From sequence record AF547987: DNA of 39,043 bases, one strand, 5' to 3'. A model generated the notes under the pieces. It was not told the DNA's origin, ran no database searches, and saw nothing but the letters and a program-made list of their open reading frames with translations. The DNA comes from Shigella phage Sf6. The position numbers and the translations under genes are program-made. This document shows positions 30,719 through 39,043 of the stretch, piece after piece (within the stretch, counting starts at the first letter, position 1; each line of letters starts with the position of its first letter).

Positions 30719-30915
30719 GCAAGTACGAAAAATTAGATCAAAACATTCTTTCAATGCTGAGTGAAAGACCAACACCTGTTTTTGATATCTGGCTTAAATG
30801 GCGGAGCAATGGAATGTATATCGAAACCATCGATCGCCGTATGCAATACCTGAGAAAGAAAGGGCTTGTTGCAAATGTGCGTGGGAAGGGTTGGGTGAAA
30901 ATTAACCTGTCATAA
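30715..30915 (+). CDS. hypothetical protein
   Basis: 66-aa ORF, GTG start overlapping previous stop. Confidence 0.4.
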   Translation: MSKYEKLDQNILSMLSERPTPVFDIWLKWRSNGMYIETIDRRMQYLRKKGLVANVRGKGWVKINLS

Positions 30916-30926
30916 CGGGGATTGAT

Positions 30927-31235
30927 ATGGGCGAATCAAGAAAGCAGTTTGAGGAATACGTTGCCAAAAAATTGAGATTACCATTCGAGATGATAACCGA
31001 GGCAAGAAATGGTGATAGGTACTTCGCATTTTCAAGCATGGATATTCGTCACTCCTTAAATGAGTGGTGGACTTTATGGCAGGCATCGCGAGCAGCTATC
31101 GAGATTGAGCTGCAAAAGCCAAAGAAAGGCCCACTTCCCGGTGATTATCACATTGGCTATGACTCAGGTGCAGAATCGCAATACGAAAGCGATGTAGAGG
31201 CTATCCGCGCCGCTGGAATCAAAGTGAAGGAGTGA
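30927..31235 (+). CDS. hypothetical protein
   Basis: 102-aa ORF in nin region. Confidence 0.5.
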   Translation: MGESRKQFEEYVAKKLRLPFEMITEARNGDRYFAFSSMDIRHSLNEWWTLWQASRAAIEIELQKPKKGPLPGDYHIGYDSGAESQYESDVEAIRAAGIKVKE

Positions 31236-31239
31236 GTAT

Positions 31240-31494
31240 ATGTCATTTATCAAATTAACCATGCGATGCAGCATCTATCAGCCACCAAGCACAAGCGCGA
31301 TAGAAAGCACCAGAAGTGCATATGAGCCCTTGTACGTTAATTCTGACAACATCGAAACCCTATTTGATGCCGGATTTACGATTGTAAGAATGGCAAGTGG
31401 TGAGCGGTTCGATGTTATTGAGAAACCAGAAGCTATTTTGGCGTTAATTAATCCATGCGTGCAGAAGGTGAGCCATGAGGAAACGAACGTTTGA
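31240..31494 (+). CDS. hypothetical protein
   Basis: 84-aa ORF with AAGGAG RBS. Confidence 0.5.
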   Translation: MSFIKLTMRCSIYQPPSTSAIESTRSAYEPLYVNSDNIETLFDAGFTIVRMASGERFDVIEKPEAILALINPCVQKVSHEETNV

Positions 31495-31915
31495 ACTAAG
31501 AAGCCCAATTCATCAGCAGAACGCCATTCAAGCTATCCAGCAAATTCTTCCAGACCCAATCAAACCAATCGTAGTAACCATTCAGGAACGCAACCGCAGC
31601 TTAGACCAGAATCGAAAGCTTTGGGCTTGCCTTGGTGACGTCTCTCGTCAGGTTGAATGGCATGGTCGCTGGCTGGATGCAGAAAGCTGGAAGTGCGTTT
31701 TTACAGCAGCATTAAAGCAGCAGGACGTTGTTCCTAACCTTGCCGGGAATGGCTTTGTGGTAATAGGCCAGTCAACCAGCAGGATGCGTGTAAGCGAATT
31801 TGCGGAGCTATTAGAGCTTATACAGGCATTCGGTACAGAGCGTGGCGTTAAGTGGTCAGACGAAGCGAGACTGGCTCTGGAGTGGAAAGCGAGATGGGGA
31901 GATCGGGCTGCATGA
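31475..31915 (+). CDS. ninB: recombination protein NinB
   Basis: 146-aa ORF recognised as lambda NinB (…PIVVTIQERNRSLDQNRKLWA…). Confidence 0.85.
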   Translation: MRKRTFELRSPIHQQNAIQAIQQILPDPIKPIVVTIQERNRSLDQNRKLWACLGDVSRQVEWHGRWLDAESWKCVFTAALKQQDVVPNLAGNGFVVIGQSTSRMRVSEFAELLELIQAFGTERGVKWSDEARLALEWKARWGDRAA

Positions 31916-32439
31916 CTATCAAATCAAATACGCCAGCACACGACAAGGACTGCTGGCAAACGCCGCTTTGGCTTTTTGATGCACTGGATATTGAGTTTGG
32001 ATTCTGGCTGGATTCGGCAGCGAGCGACAAAAATGCTCTGTGTGCTCACTGGCTAACTTAGGCCGACGACGCGCTCAATTCTGAGTGGGTAAGCCACGGT
32101 GCAATCTGGAATAACCCACCGTACAGCAATATCAGGCCGTGGGTGGAAAAAGCCGCTGAGCAGTGCATACAACAGCGACAGACGGTAGTTATGCTTGTGC
32201 CAGAGGATATATCAGTCGGATGGTTCAGCAAGGCTCTGGAGAGTGTCGACGAAGTTCGCATTATCACTGATGGACGGATTAATTTTATCGAACCATCGAC
32301 AGGGTTGGAGAAGAAGGGAAACAGCAAAGGCTCCATGCTGCTGATTTGGCGACCGTTCATCAGTCCTCGACGGATGTTTACTACCGTATCCAAAGCGGCA
32401 TTGATGGCGATCGGGCAGGGCGTCAGGAGGGCGGCATGA
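31912..32439 (+). pseudogene. dam: DNA N6-adenine methyltransferase (phage Dam family) interrupted by an in-frame amber codon
   Basis: One reading frame with WQTP...LFDALDIEFGF...NPPYS motifs; a single TAG at 32059-32061 separates the two track ORFs 31852-32061 and 32143-32439; start overlaps ninB stop, stop overlaps ninE start. Confidence 0.7.
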
Positions 32440-32618
32440 GACGACAGCGACGAAGTATCACCGACATCATCTGCGAAAACTGCAAATACCTTCCAACGAA
32501 ACGCTCCAGAAATAAACGCAAGCCAATCCCAAAAGAATCTGACGTAAAAACCTTCAATTACACGGCTCACCTGTGGGATATCCGGTGGCTTAGAGAACGT
32601 GCGAGGAAAACAAGGTGA
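32436..32618 (+). CDS. ninE: NinE protein
   Basis: 60-aa ORF starting [30 protein letters not shown], recognised as lambda NinE. Confidence 0.8.
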   Translation: MRRQRRSITDIICENCKYLPTKRSRNKRKPIPKESDVKTFNYTAHLWDIRWLRERARKTR

Positions 32619-32785
32619 TTGACCAAAATCGAAGTTACGAACAAGAAAGCGTCGAGCGAGCTTTAACGTGTGCTAACTGCGGTCAGAAGCTGCATGTGCT
32701 GGAAGTTCACGTGTGTGAGCACTGCTGCGCAGAACTGATGAGCGATCCGAATAGCTCGATGCACGAGGAAGAAGACGATGGCTAA
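32615..32785 (+). CDS. ninF: NinF protein
   Basis: 56-aa GTG-initiated ORF ([26 protein letters not shown]...), recognised as lambda NinF; not in the track. Confidence 0.7.
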   Translation: MIDQNRSYEQESVERALTCANCGQKLHVLEVHVCEHCCAELMSDPNSSMHEEEDDG

Positions 32786-32878
32786 ACCAGCGCGAAGACG
32801 ATGTAAAAACGATGAATGTCGGGAATGGTTTCACCCTGCATTCGCCAATCAGTGGTGGTGCTCTCCAGAGTGTGGAAC
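32778..32878 (+). pseudogene. ninG: ninG (rap) 5' fragment, truncated by IS insertion
   Basis: [34 protein letters not shown] then runs into the IS911 terminal repeat. Confidence 0.8.
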
Positions 32879-32886
32879 TGAAGTGG

Positions 32887-34091
<1,205 letters not shown>

Positions 34092-34127
34092 CTCTGTTCA
34101 GGTGGCCAAATTCAGTGTGCCACTTCA

Positions 34128-34641
34128 AACCAAGATAGCACTCGAACGACGAAGCAAAGAACGCGAAAAAGCGGAAAAGGCAGCAGAGAAGAAACGACGA
34201 CGAGAGGAGCAGAAACAGAAAGATAAACTTAAGATTCGAAAACTCGCCTTAAAGCCCCGCAGTTACTGGATTAAACAAGCCCAACAAGCCGTAAACGCCT
34301 TCATCAGAGAAAGAGACCGCGACTTACCATGTATCTCGTGCGGAACGCTCACGTCTGCTCAGTGGGATGCCGGGCATTACCGGACAACTGCTGCGGCGCC
34401 TCAACTCCGATTTGATGAACGCAATATTCACAAGCAATGCGTGGTGTGCAACCAGCACAAAAGCGGAAATCTCGTTCCGTATCGCGTCGAACTGATTAGC
34501 CGCATCGGGCAGGAAGCAGTAGACGAAATCGAATCAAACCATAACCGCCATCGCTGGACTGTCGAAGAGTGCAGGGCCATCAAGGCGGAGTATCAGCAGA
34601 AACTCAAAGACCTGCGAAACAGCAGAAGTGAGGCCGCATGA
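34128..34641 (+). pseudogene. ninG: ninG (rap) 3' fragment
   Basis: [16 protein letters not shown]... to the end of NinG; the track ORF 34102-34641 starts inside the IS end. Confidence 0.8.
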
Positions 34642-34844
34642 CGTTCTCAGTAAAAACCATTCCAGACATGCTCGTTGAAGCATACGGAAACCAGACAGAA
34701 GTAGCACGCAGACTGAAATGTAGTCGCGGTACGGTCAGAAAATACGTTGATGATAAAGACGGGAAAATGCACGCCATCGTCAACGACGTTCTCATGGTTC
34801 ATCGCGGATGGAGTGAAAGAGATGCGCTATTACGAAAGAATTGA
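34638..34844 (+). CDS. ninH: NinH protein
   Basis: 68-aa ORF starting [32 protein letters not shown], recognised as lambda NinH. Confidence 0.8.
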
Positions 34845-35493
34845 TGGCAGCAAATACCGAAATATTTGGGTAGTTGGCGATCTGCACGGATGCTACACGA
34901 ACCTGATGAAAAAACTGGAGACGATAGGATTCGACACCAAAAAAGACCTGCTTATCTCGGTTGGCGATTTGGTTGATCGCGGTACAGAGAACGTCGAATG
35001 CCTGGAATTAATCACATTCCCCTGGTTCAGAGCTGTACGTGGAAACCATGAGCAAATGATGATTGATGGCTTATCAGAGCGTGGAAACGTCAATCACTGG
35101 CTGCTTAATGGCGGTGGCTGGTTCTTTAATCTCGATTACGACAAAGAAATTCTGGCTAAAGCTCTTGCCCATAAAGCAGGTGAACTTCCGTTAATCATCG
35201 AACTGGTGAGCAAAGGTAAAAAATATGTCATCTGCCACGCCGATTATCCTTGTGATAAATACGAGTTTGGAAAGCCAGTTGATCATCAGCAGGTAATCTG
35301 GAACCGCGAACGAATCAGCAACTCACAAGACGGGATCGTGAAAGAAATCAAAGGCGCGGACACGTTCATCTTTGGTCATACGCCAGCAGTGAAACCACTC
35401 AAGTTTTCCAACCAGATGTATATCGATACCGGCGCAGTGTTCTGCGGAAATCTCACATTGATTCAGGTACAGGGAGAAGGCGCGTGGGCATAA
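34822..35493 (+). CDS. ninI: serine/threonine protein phosphatase (NinI, calcineurin-like)
   Basis: Metallophosphatase motifs GDLHG, GDLVDRG, GNHE; start at MRYYERIDG overlapping ninH. Confidence 0.85.
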   Translation: MRYYERIDGSKYRNIWVVGDLHGCYTNLMKKLETIGFDTKKDLLISVGDLVDRGTENVECLELITFPWFRAVRGNHEQMMIDGLSERGNVNHWLLNGGGWFFNLDYDKEILAKALAHKAGELPLIIELVSKGKKYVICHADYPCDKYEFGKPVDHQQVIWNRERISNSQDGIVKEIKGADTFIFGHTPAVKPLKFSNQMYIDTGAVFCGNLTLIQVQGEGAWA

Positions 35494-36002
35494 GAGAACT
35501 AAACCTCACCAAAGAACAGCATGAGTGGCTGAATGGCTGGCTTGAACTGTGGGGCGCATGGGTTTATTCAGGTCGTCTGGAAAAGCGCATGAGCAGCGTA
35601 ATAGCGAAGTTCATGGAGAGCGTAGAGCCGGGAAGAGTTATGACAAGGCCAATGTGCAATGATGATGATGGAATGTTGATTTCTCAGGTCGTCGATTCCG
35701 TCATGTACATTGACAAGAAAGCCTTTGGCATCCTCCTCAGCTACTACGCTCATGGTTCATCTAAGCGAGCAATTGCATCCTACTATCACGCGACTGCAAA
35801 GCCACGCAAGATGTGTGGACGTGGTGGCGAGGGATGGAGAAAACCTTCACTGGCAACCTGTAGAAACGAAATTGACGACATCCTGAAAGCGTCATTATTT
35901 GTTTTATACCAGCCAATGCAAAATGCTTTCAAAATGCGTAAACGTGTTGAGAAAGTTAAGCATGTTGCTGTTAAAAGCCTTGACATGCAATTAGCCATTT
36001 AG
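35484..36002 (+). CDS. Q: late-gene antiterminator Q (non-lambda type)
   Basis: 172-aa GTG-initiated ORF directly upstream of pR'; WGAW and CNDDDG motifs resemble the phage 82/DLP12-type Q family rather than lambda Q. Confidence 0.7.
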   Translation: MGIRELNLTKEQHEWLNGWLELWGAWVYSGRLEKRMSSVIAKFMESVEPGRVMTRPMCNDDDGMLISQVVDSVMYIDKKAFGILLSYYAHGSSKRAIASYYHATAKPRKMCGRGGEGWRKPSLATCRNEIDDILKASLFVLYQPMQNAFKMRKRVEKVKHVAVKSLDMQLAI

Positions 36003-36009
36003 CCATAAT
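35980..36009 (+). promoter_or_regulatory. late promoter pR' candidate
   Basis: TTGACA at 35980-35985, 18-bp spacer, CATAAT at 36004-36009, immediately after the Q stop. Confidence 0.5.
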
Positions 36010-36020
36010 TAGAAGGTAAG

Positions 36021-36062
36021 CTGCCGTTAGTGACTCTTAAGTTGCAACGGTGGCTTTTTTAT
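36021..36062 (+). terminator. tR'-like terminator candidate downstream of pR'
   Basis: Imperfect hairpin around CCGTT...AACGG followed by GGCTTTTTTATTT; stem assignment uncertain. Confidence 0.4.
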
Positions 36063-36064
36063 TT

Positions 36065-36139
36065 GGGTCAGTCGTATAAAGGTCATTACGGAAGGCTGTT
36101 AACCTTCTTATCGTGGTTCGAGTCCACGCTGTCCCGCCA
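36065..36139 (+). tRNA. tRNA-Asn (anticodon GTT), with two stem mismatches
   Basis: Hand-folded cloverleaf: anticodon arm GAAGG-CTGTTAA-CCTTC, T-arm CGTGG-TTCGAGT-CCACG, 3' CCA; T:T mismatches in acceptor (4:69) and D stems. Confidence 0.55.
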
Positions 36140-36144
36140 AACAT

Positions 36145-36220
36145 GCTGGTTTAGCTCCAATGGTAGAGCAGTCGCCTTGTAAGCGAATGGGTAGCGGTTC
36201 AAGTCCGTTAACCAGCACCA
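36145..36220 (+). tRNA. tRNA-Thr (anticodon TGT)
   Basis: Hand-folded 76-nt cloverleaf: perfect 7-bp acceptor stem GCTGGTT/AACCAGC, D stem GCTC/GAGC, anticodon loop CTTGTAA, T-loop TTCAAGT, 3' ACCA. Confidence 0.7.
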
Positions 36221-36462
36221 TAACTGAGCCGTAGCCACTGGCTATCCTAGATTCATCAGTGATAGTTATGCTGCGGACTTCTACACATGACCTTCGTGAA
36301 AGCGGGTGGCATGAGGTTGCGCTAACAACCTCCTGCCGCTTTGCCCGTGCATATCGGTCACGAACAAATCTGATTACTAAACACAGTAGCCTGGATTTGT
36401 TCTATCAGTAATCGACCTTATTCCTAATTAAATAGAGCAAATCCCCTTATTGGGGGTAAGAC

Positions 36463-36786
36463 ATGAAGATGCCAGAAAAACATGACCTGTTAGCCGCCAT
36501 TCTCGCGGCAAAGGAACAAGGCATCGGGGCAATCCTTGCGTTTGCAATGGCGTACCTTCGCGGCAGATATAATGGCGGTGCGTTTACAAAAACAGTAATC
36601 GACGCAACGATGTGCGCCATTATCGCCTGGTTCATTCGTGACCTTCTCGACTTCGCCGGACTAAGTAGCAATCTCGCTTATATAACGAGCGTGTTCATCG
36701 GCTACATCGGTACTGACTCGATTGGTTCGCTTATCAAACGCTTCGCTGCTAAAAAAGCCGGAGTAGAAGATGGTGGAAATCAATAA
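36463..36786 (+). CDS. S: holin S (class I, dual-start)
   Basis: Begins [34 protein letters not shown] with the Met1-Lys2-Met3 dual start; sdi-like hairpin TCCCC-ttatt-GGGGG upstream. Confidence 0.95.
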   Translation: MKMPEKHDLLAAILAAKEQGIGAILAFAMAYLRGRYNGGAFTKTVIDATMCAIIAWFIRDLLDFAGLSSNLAYITSVFIGYIGTDSIGSLIKRFAAKKAGVEDGGNQ

Positions 36787-37246
36787 TCAACGTAAGGCGT
36801 TCCTCGATATGCTGGCGTGGTCAGAGGGGACTGATAACGGACGTCAGAAAACCAGAAATCATGGTTATGACGTCATTGTTGGCGGAGAGCTATTCACTGA
36901 TTACTCCGATCACCCTCGCAAACTTGTCACGCTAAACCCAAAACTCGAATCAACAGCAGCCGGACGTTACCAGCTTCTTTCCCGTTGGTGGGATGCCTAT
37001 CGTAAGCAGCTTGGCCTGAAAGACTTCTCTCCGAAAAGCCAGGACGCCGTGGCACTGCAACAGATTAAAGAACGTGGCGCTTTACCGATGATTGATCGCG
37101 GTGATATTCGTCAGGCAATTGACCGTTGCAGCAATATCTGGGCTTCACTGCCGGGCGCTGGTTATGGTCAGTTCGAGCATAAGGCTGACAGCCTGATTAC
37201 AAAATTTAAAGAAGCAGGCGGAACGGTCAGAGAGATTGATGTATGA
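36770..37246 (+). CDS. R: endolysin R (lytic transglycosylase)
   Basis: 158-aa ORF overlapping the S stop; recognised as lambda R. Confidence 0.95.
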   Translation: MVEINNQRKAFLDMLAWSEGTDNGRQKTRNHGYDVIVGGELFTDYSDHPRKLVTLNPKLESTAAGRYQLLSRWWDAYRKQLGLKDFSPKSQDAVALQQIKERGALPMIDRGDIRQAIDRCSNIWASLPGAGYGQFEHKADSLITKFKEAGGTVREIDV

Positions 37247-37680
37247 GCAGAGTCACCGCAATTATCTCCGCTCTGGTTATTTGCATCATCGTCTGCCTGT
37301 CATGGGCTGTTAATCATTACCGTGATAATGCAATCGCCTACAAAGAGCAGCGCGATAAAGCCACATCCATCATCGCTGATATGCAGAAGCGGCAACATGA
37401 TGTAGCAGAACTTGACGCCAGATACACAAAGGAGCTTGCTGATGCTAACGCGACTATCGAAAGTCTCCGTGCTGATGTTTCTGCTGGTCGTAAACGCCTG
37501 CAAGTCGCCGCCACCTGTGCAAAGTCAACGACCGGAGCCAGCAGCATGGGCGATGGAGAAAGCCCAAGACTTACAGCAGATGCTGAACTCAATTATTACC
37601 GTCTCCGAAGTGGAATCGACAGGATAACCGCGCAGGTTAACTACCTGCAGGAGTACATCAGGACGCAATGCCTTCGATGA
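37243..37680 (+). CDS. Rz: i-spanin Rz
   Basis: N-terminal TM segment ([18 protein letters not shown]) then coiled-coil; overlaps the R stop. Confidence 0.9.
   Translation: MSRVTAIISALVICIIVCLSWAVNHYRDNAIAYKEQRDKATSIIADMQKRQHDVAELDARYTKELADANATIESLRADVSAGRKRLQVAATCAKSTTGASSMGDGESPRLTADAELNYYRLRSGIDRITAQVNYLQEYIRTQCLR
37442..37627 (+). CDS. Rz1: o-spanin Rz1 (lipoprotein embedded in Rz, +1 frame)
   Basis: ATG at 37442 preceded by AAGGAG; lipoprotein signal [20 protein letters not shown] then a proline-rich segment; wholly inside Rz. Confidence 0.75.
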   Translation: MLTRLSKVSVLMFLLVVNACKSPPPVQSQRPEPAAWAMEKAQDLQQMLNSIITVSEVESTG

Positions 37681-38116
37681 TAGCGATAATTTTACTCATC
37701 ATCCTTCACATCTGGCTCTGTAGACAGGGTGGTGATCACTTCTGGAGTAAATCCAGATTAAACATCTCATTGCTGATGCTTGATATTGAGCATCTGGCGC
37801 GCAGTAAGGGGCTGCGTTGAGATAAGAGCCAGTTCATTACAAAGCCTATCTACGGGTGGGCTTGATAATGAAACCGTGATTTACATCCCTCACAATCCAG
37901 GTATGTAAAGCTGGATTATGCGAGAACGGATTTAACTAAATCTGTGCACCACCAGTTACGGCAGTACCACGAAGCAACCCAAGCCAGTAAGTGGGGAAAT
38001 AACACTGGCAGCCACTGAAAGATGAACCTCCAGCCTTATGGCAAAAAAGATTCTTTGTGGTGGCGGACTGATGGAAAGACATCCTAATCAAGCAACCACT
38101 CCACAGGGTCATAATT

Positions 38117-38497
38117 ATGAACGGCCAGCAAATCGAAAAAGAAATCGTTGAGAAAGGCAAAACGGCACCGCGAATCACCCCGCAGCACATCGAAGACGTG
38201 ATTAAAAGCGAGCATTACTTTACTGCTTATGATGGACGAAATGGTGCCATTTCCAGCAACGAATATTGTGGCAGGGAAAAACCAGAGGAAGGCGATCGTG
38301 ATTTATCACCATTGAAGTTGCTCACTTTCTGCGTACTGGTGCTGAAGAATGGCTTCACCGTCACCGGAGAGAGTGCCTGTGCAAGCCCGGAAAACTTTGA
38401 TGCAGAAATTGGCCGGAAGATTGCCCGGCAAAATGCTGTAAACAAAATCTGGATGCTCGAAGGTTACTTGCTGAAGCAGAAGCTAAGCGAACAGTAG
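38117..38497 (+). CDS. hypothetical protein (possibly Gp49/Sf6 gene 66-type family)
   Basis: 126-aa ORF between lysis genes and terS; family assignment from memory only. Confidence 0.45.
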   Translation: MNGQQIEKEIVEKGKTAPRITPQHIEDVIKSEHYFTAYDGRNGAISSNEYCGREKPEEGDRDLSPLKLLTFCVLVLKNGFTVTGESACASPENFDAEIGRKIARQNAVNKIWMLEGYLLKQKLSEQ

Positions 38498-38600
38498 TTA
38501 TTACAAAAGCCATTCCCTACAGAGTGGCTTTGATAATGGCTTATACCCTACACGGGATAACTTAACTGATATCCCTTTTAACGGATAAACGGAGCCAACA

Positions 38601-38843
38601 ATGGCAGAGATTATTCCCATGACTGAAGAACAGAAATTCCAGTTAGAGATTTACAAACTGGTCATGAACCAGAACGCAGCTGCAGAGGAAGCATTTCAGT
38701 TCATTGGCACTGACGAACTGAAGCTTGAGCTATTCAAAATTCACTTCCAGTCAGGCGGCGCCAATTCGGATATCACGACCCGCACTATCGAAGCGGTGCG
38801 TAAATCGAAGGAAGCGTTAGACCTGTTCACCACCGGAGCATGA
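38601..38843 (+). CDS. hypothetical protein
   Basis: 80-aa ORF. Confidence 0.45.
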   Translation: MAEIIPMTEEQKFQLEIYKLVMNQNAAAEEAFQFIGTDELKLELFKIHFQSGGANSDITTRTIEAVRKSKEALDLFTTGA

Positions 38844-38844
38844 T

Positions 38845-39036
38845 GTGAGCCGCGTAATCAATTTGGGTAAGGAGAAGAAATTCCCAATTACTCAAGAGCT
38901 ATACGAGAGGCTGGAAAGCGTCATCCATGATTATGGTGAAATCAGTGTATGTGAGGCGATTGGCACACTCGAATTGCTGAAGCAGTCATTGATTGAAAGC
39001 ATGAAGAGCCAACGACCTGAAATAACAACTAAGTGA
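38845..39036 (+). CDS. hypothetical protein
   Basis: 63-aa GTG-initiated ORF ending 7 bp before the window end, which is followed circularly by terS. Confidence 0.4.
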   Translation: MSRVINLGKEKKFPITQELYERLESVIHDYGEISVCEAIGTLELLKQSLIESMKSQRPEITTK

Positions 39037-39043
39037 GATAAAT

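Noticed and set aside
34102-34127. N-terminal 9 residues (MAKFSVPLQ) of track ORF 34102-34641
   Set aside because: Encoded by the IS911 right end; not part of native NinG
37936-38190. Minus-strand ORF 37936-38190
   Set aside because: No RBS, overlaps the start of the plus-strand gene at 38117, odd composition

Overview
The window reads as a complete, circularly permuted genome of a temperate P22-like lambdoid podovirus (39,043 bp), which I recognise from memory as Shigella flexneri phage Sf6 or a very close relative; no search could be run. Plus-strand late operon: terS, terL, portal, scaffold, coat, head-completion and tail-needle genes, three ejection proteins and a 623-aa tailspike. Behind the tailspike sit the O-antigen acetylase gene oac, a P4-type integrase, an attP core that looks like a tRNA 3' end, and an AlpA-type xis. 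The minus-strand early-left operon carries Lar-like, Ead/Ea22-like, HNH, SSB and Rad52-like genes plus a lambda-type N with nutL. The immunity region has 434-type 14-bp operators, cI, cro and a lambda-like cII. Rightward follow an iteron-containing O-like initiator, a DnaB-type helicase, the nin region (NinB, Dam, NinE/F/G/H, NinI phosphatase), Q, pR', two tRNA genes and a lambda-type lysis cassette (S, R, Rz/Rz1). Three apparent gene disruptions stand out: a -1 frameshift splitting cI, an in-frame amber codon in dam, and an IS911 insertion in ninG. I found no CRISPR array and no recognisable multi-gene defence system; the best candidates for undescribed accessory functions are an exported protein translationally coupled to cI and a small membrane protein in the early-left operon. 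All coordinates for features not in the ORF track were derived by hand and may be off by a base or two.
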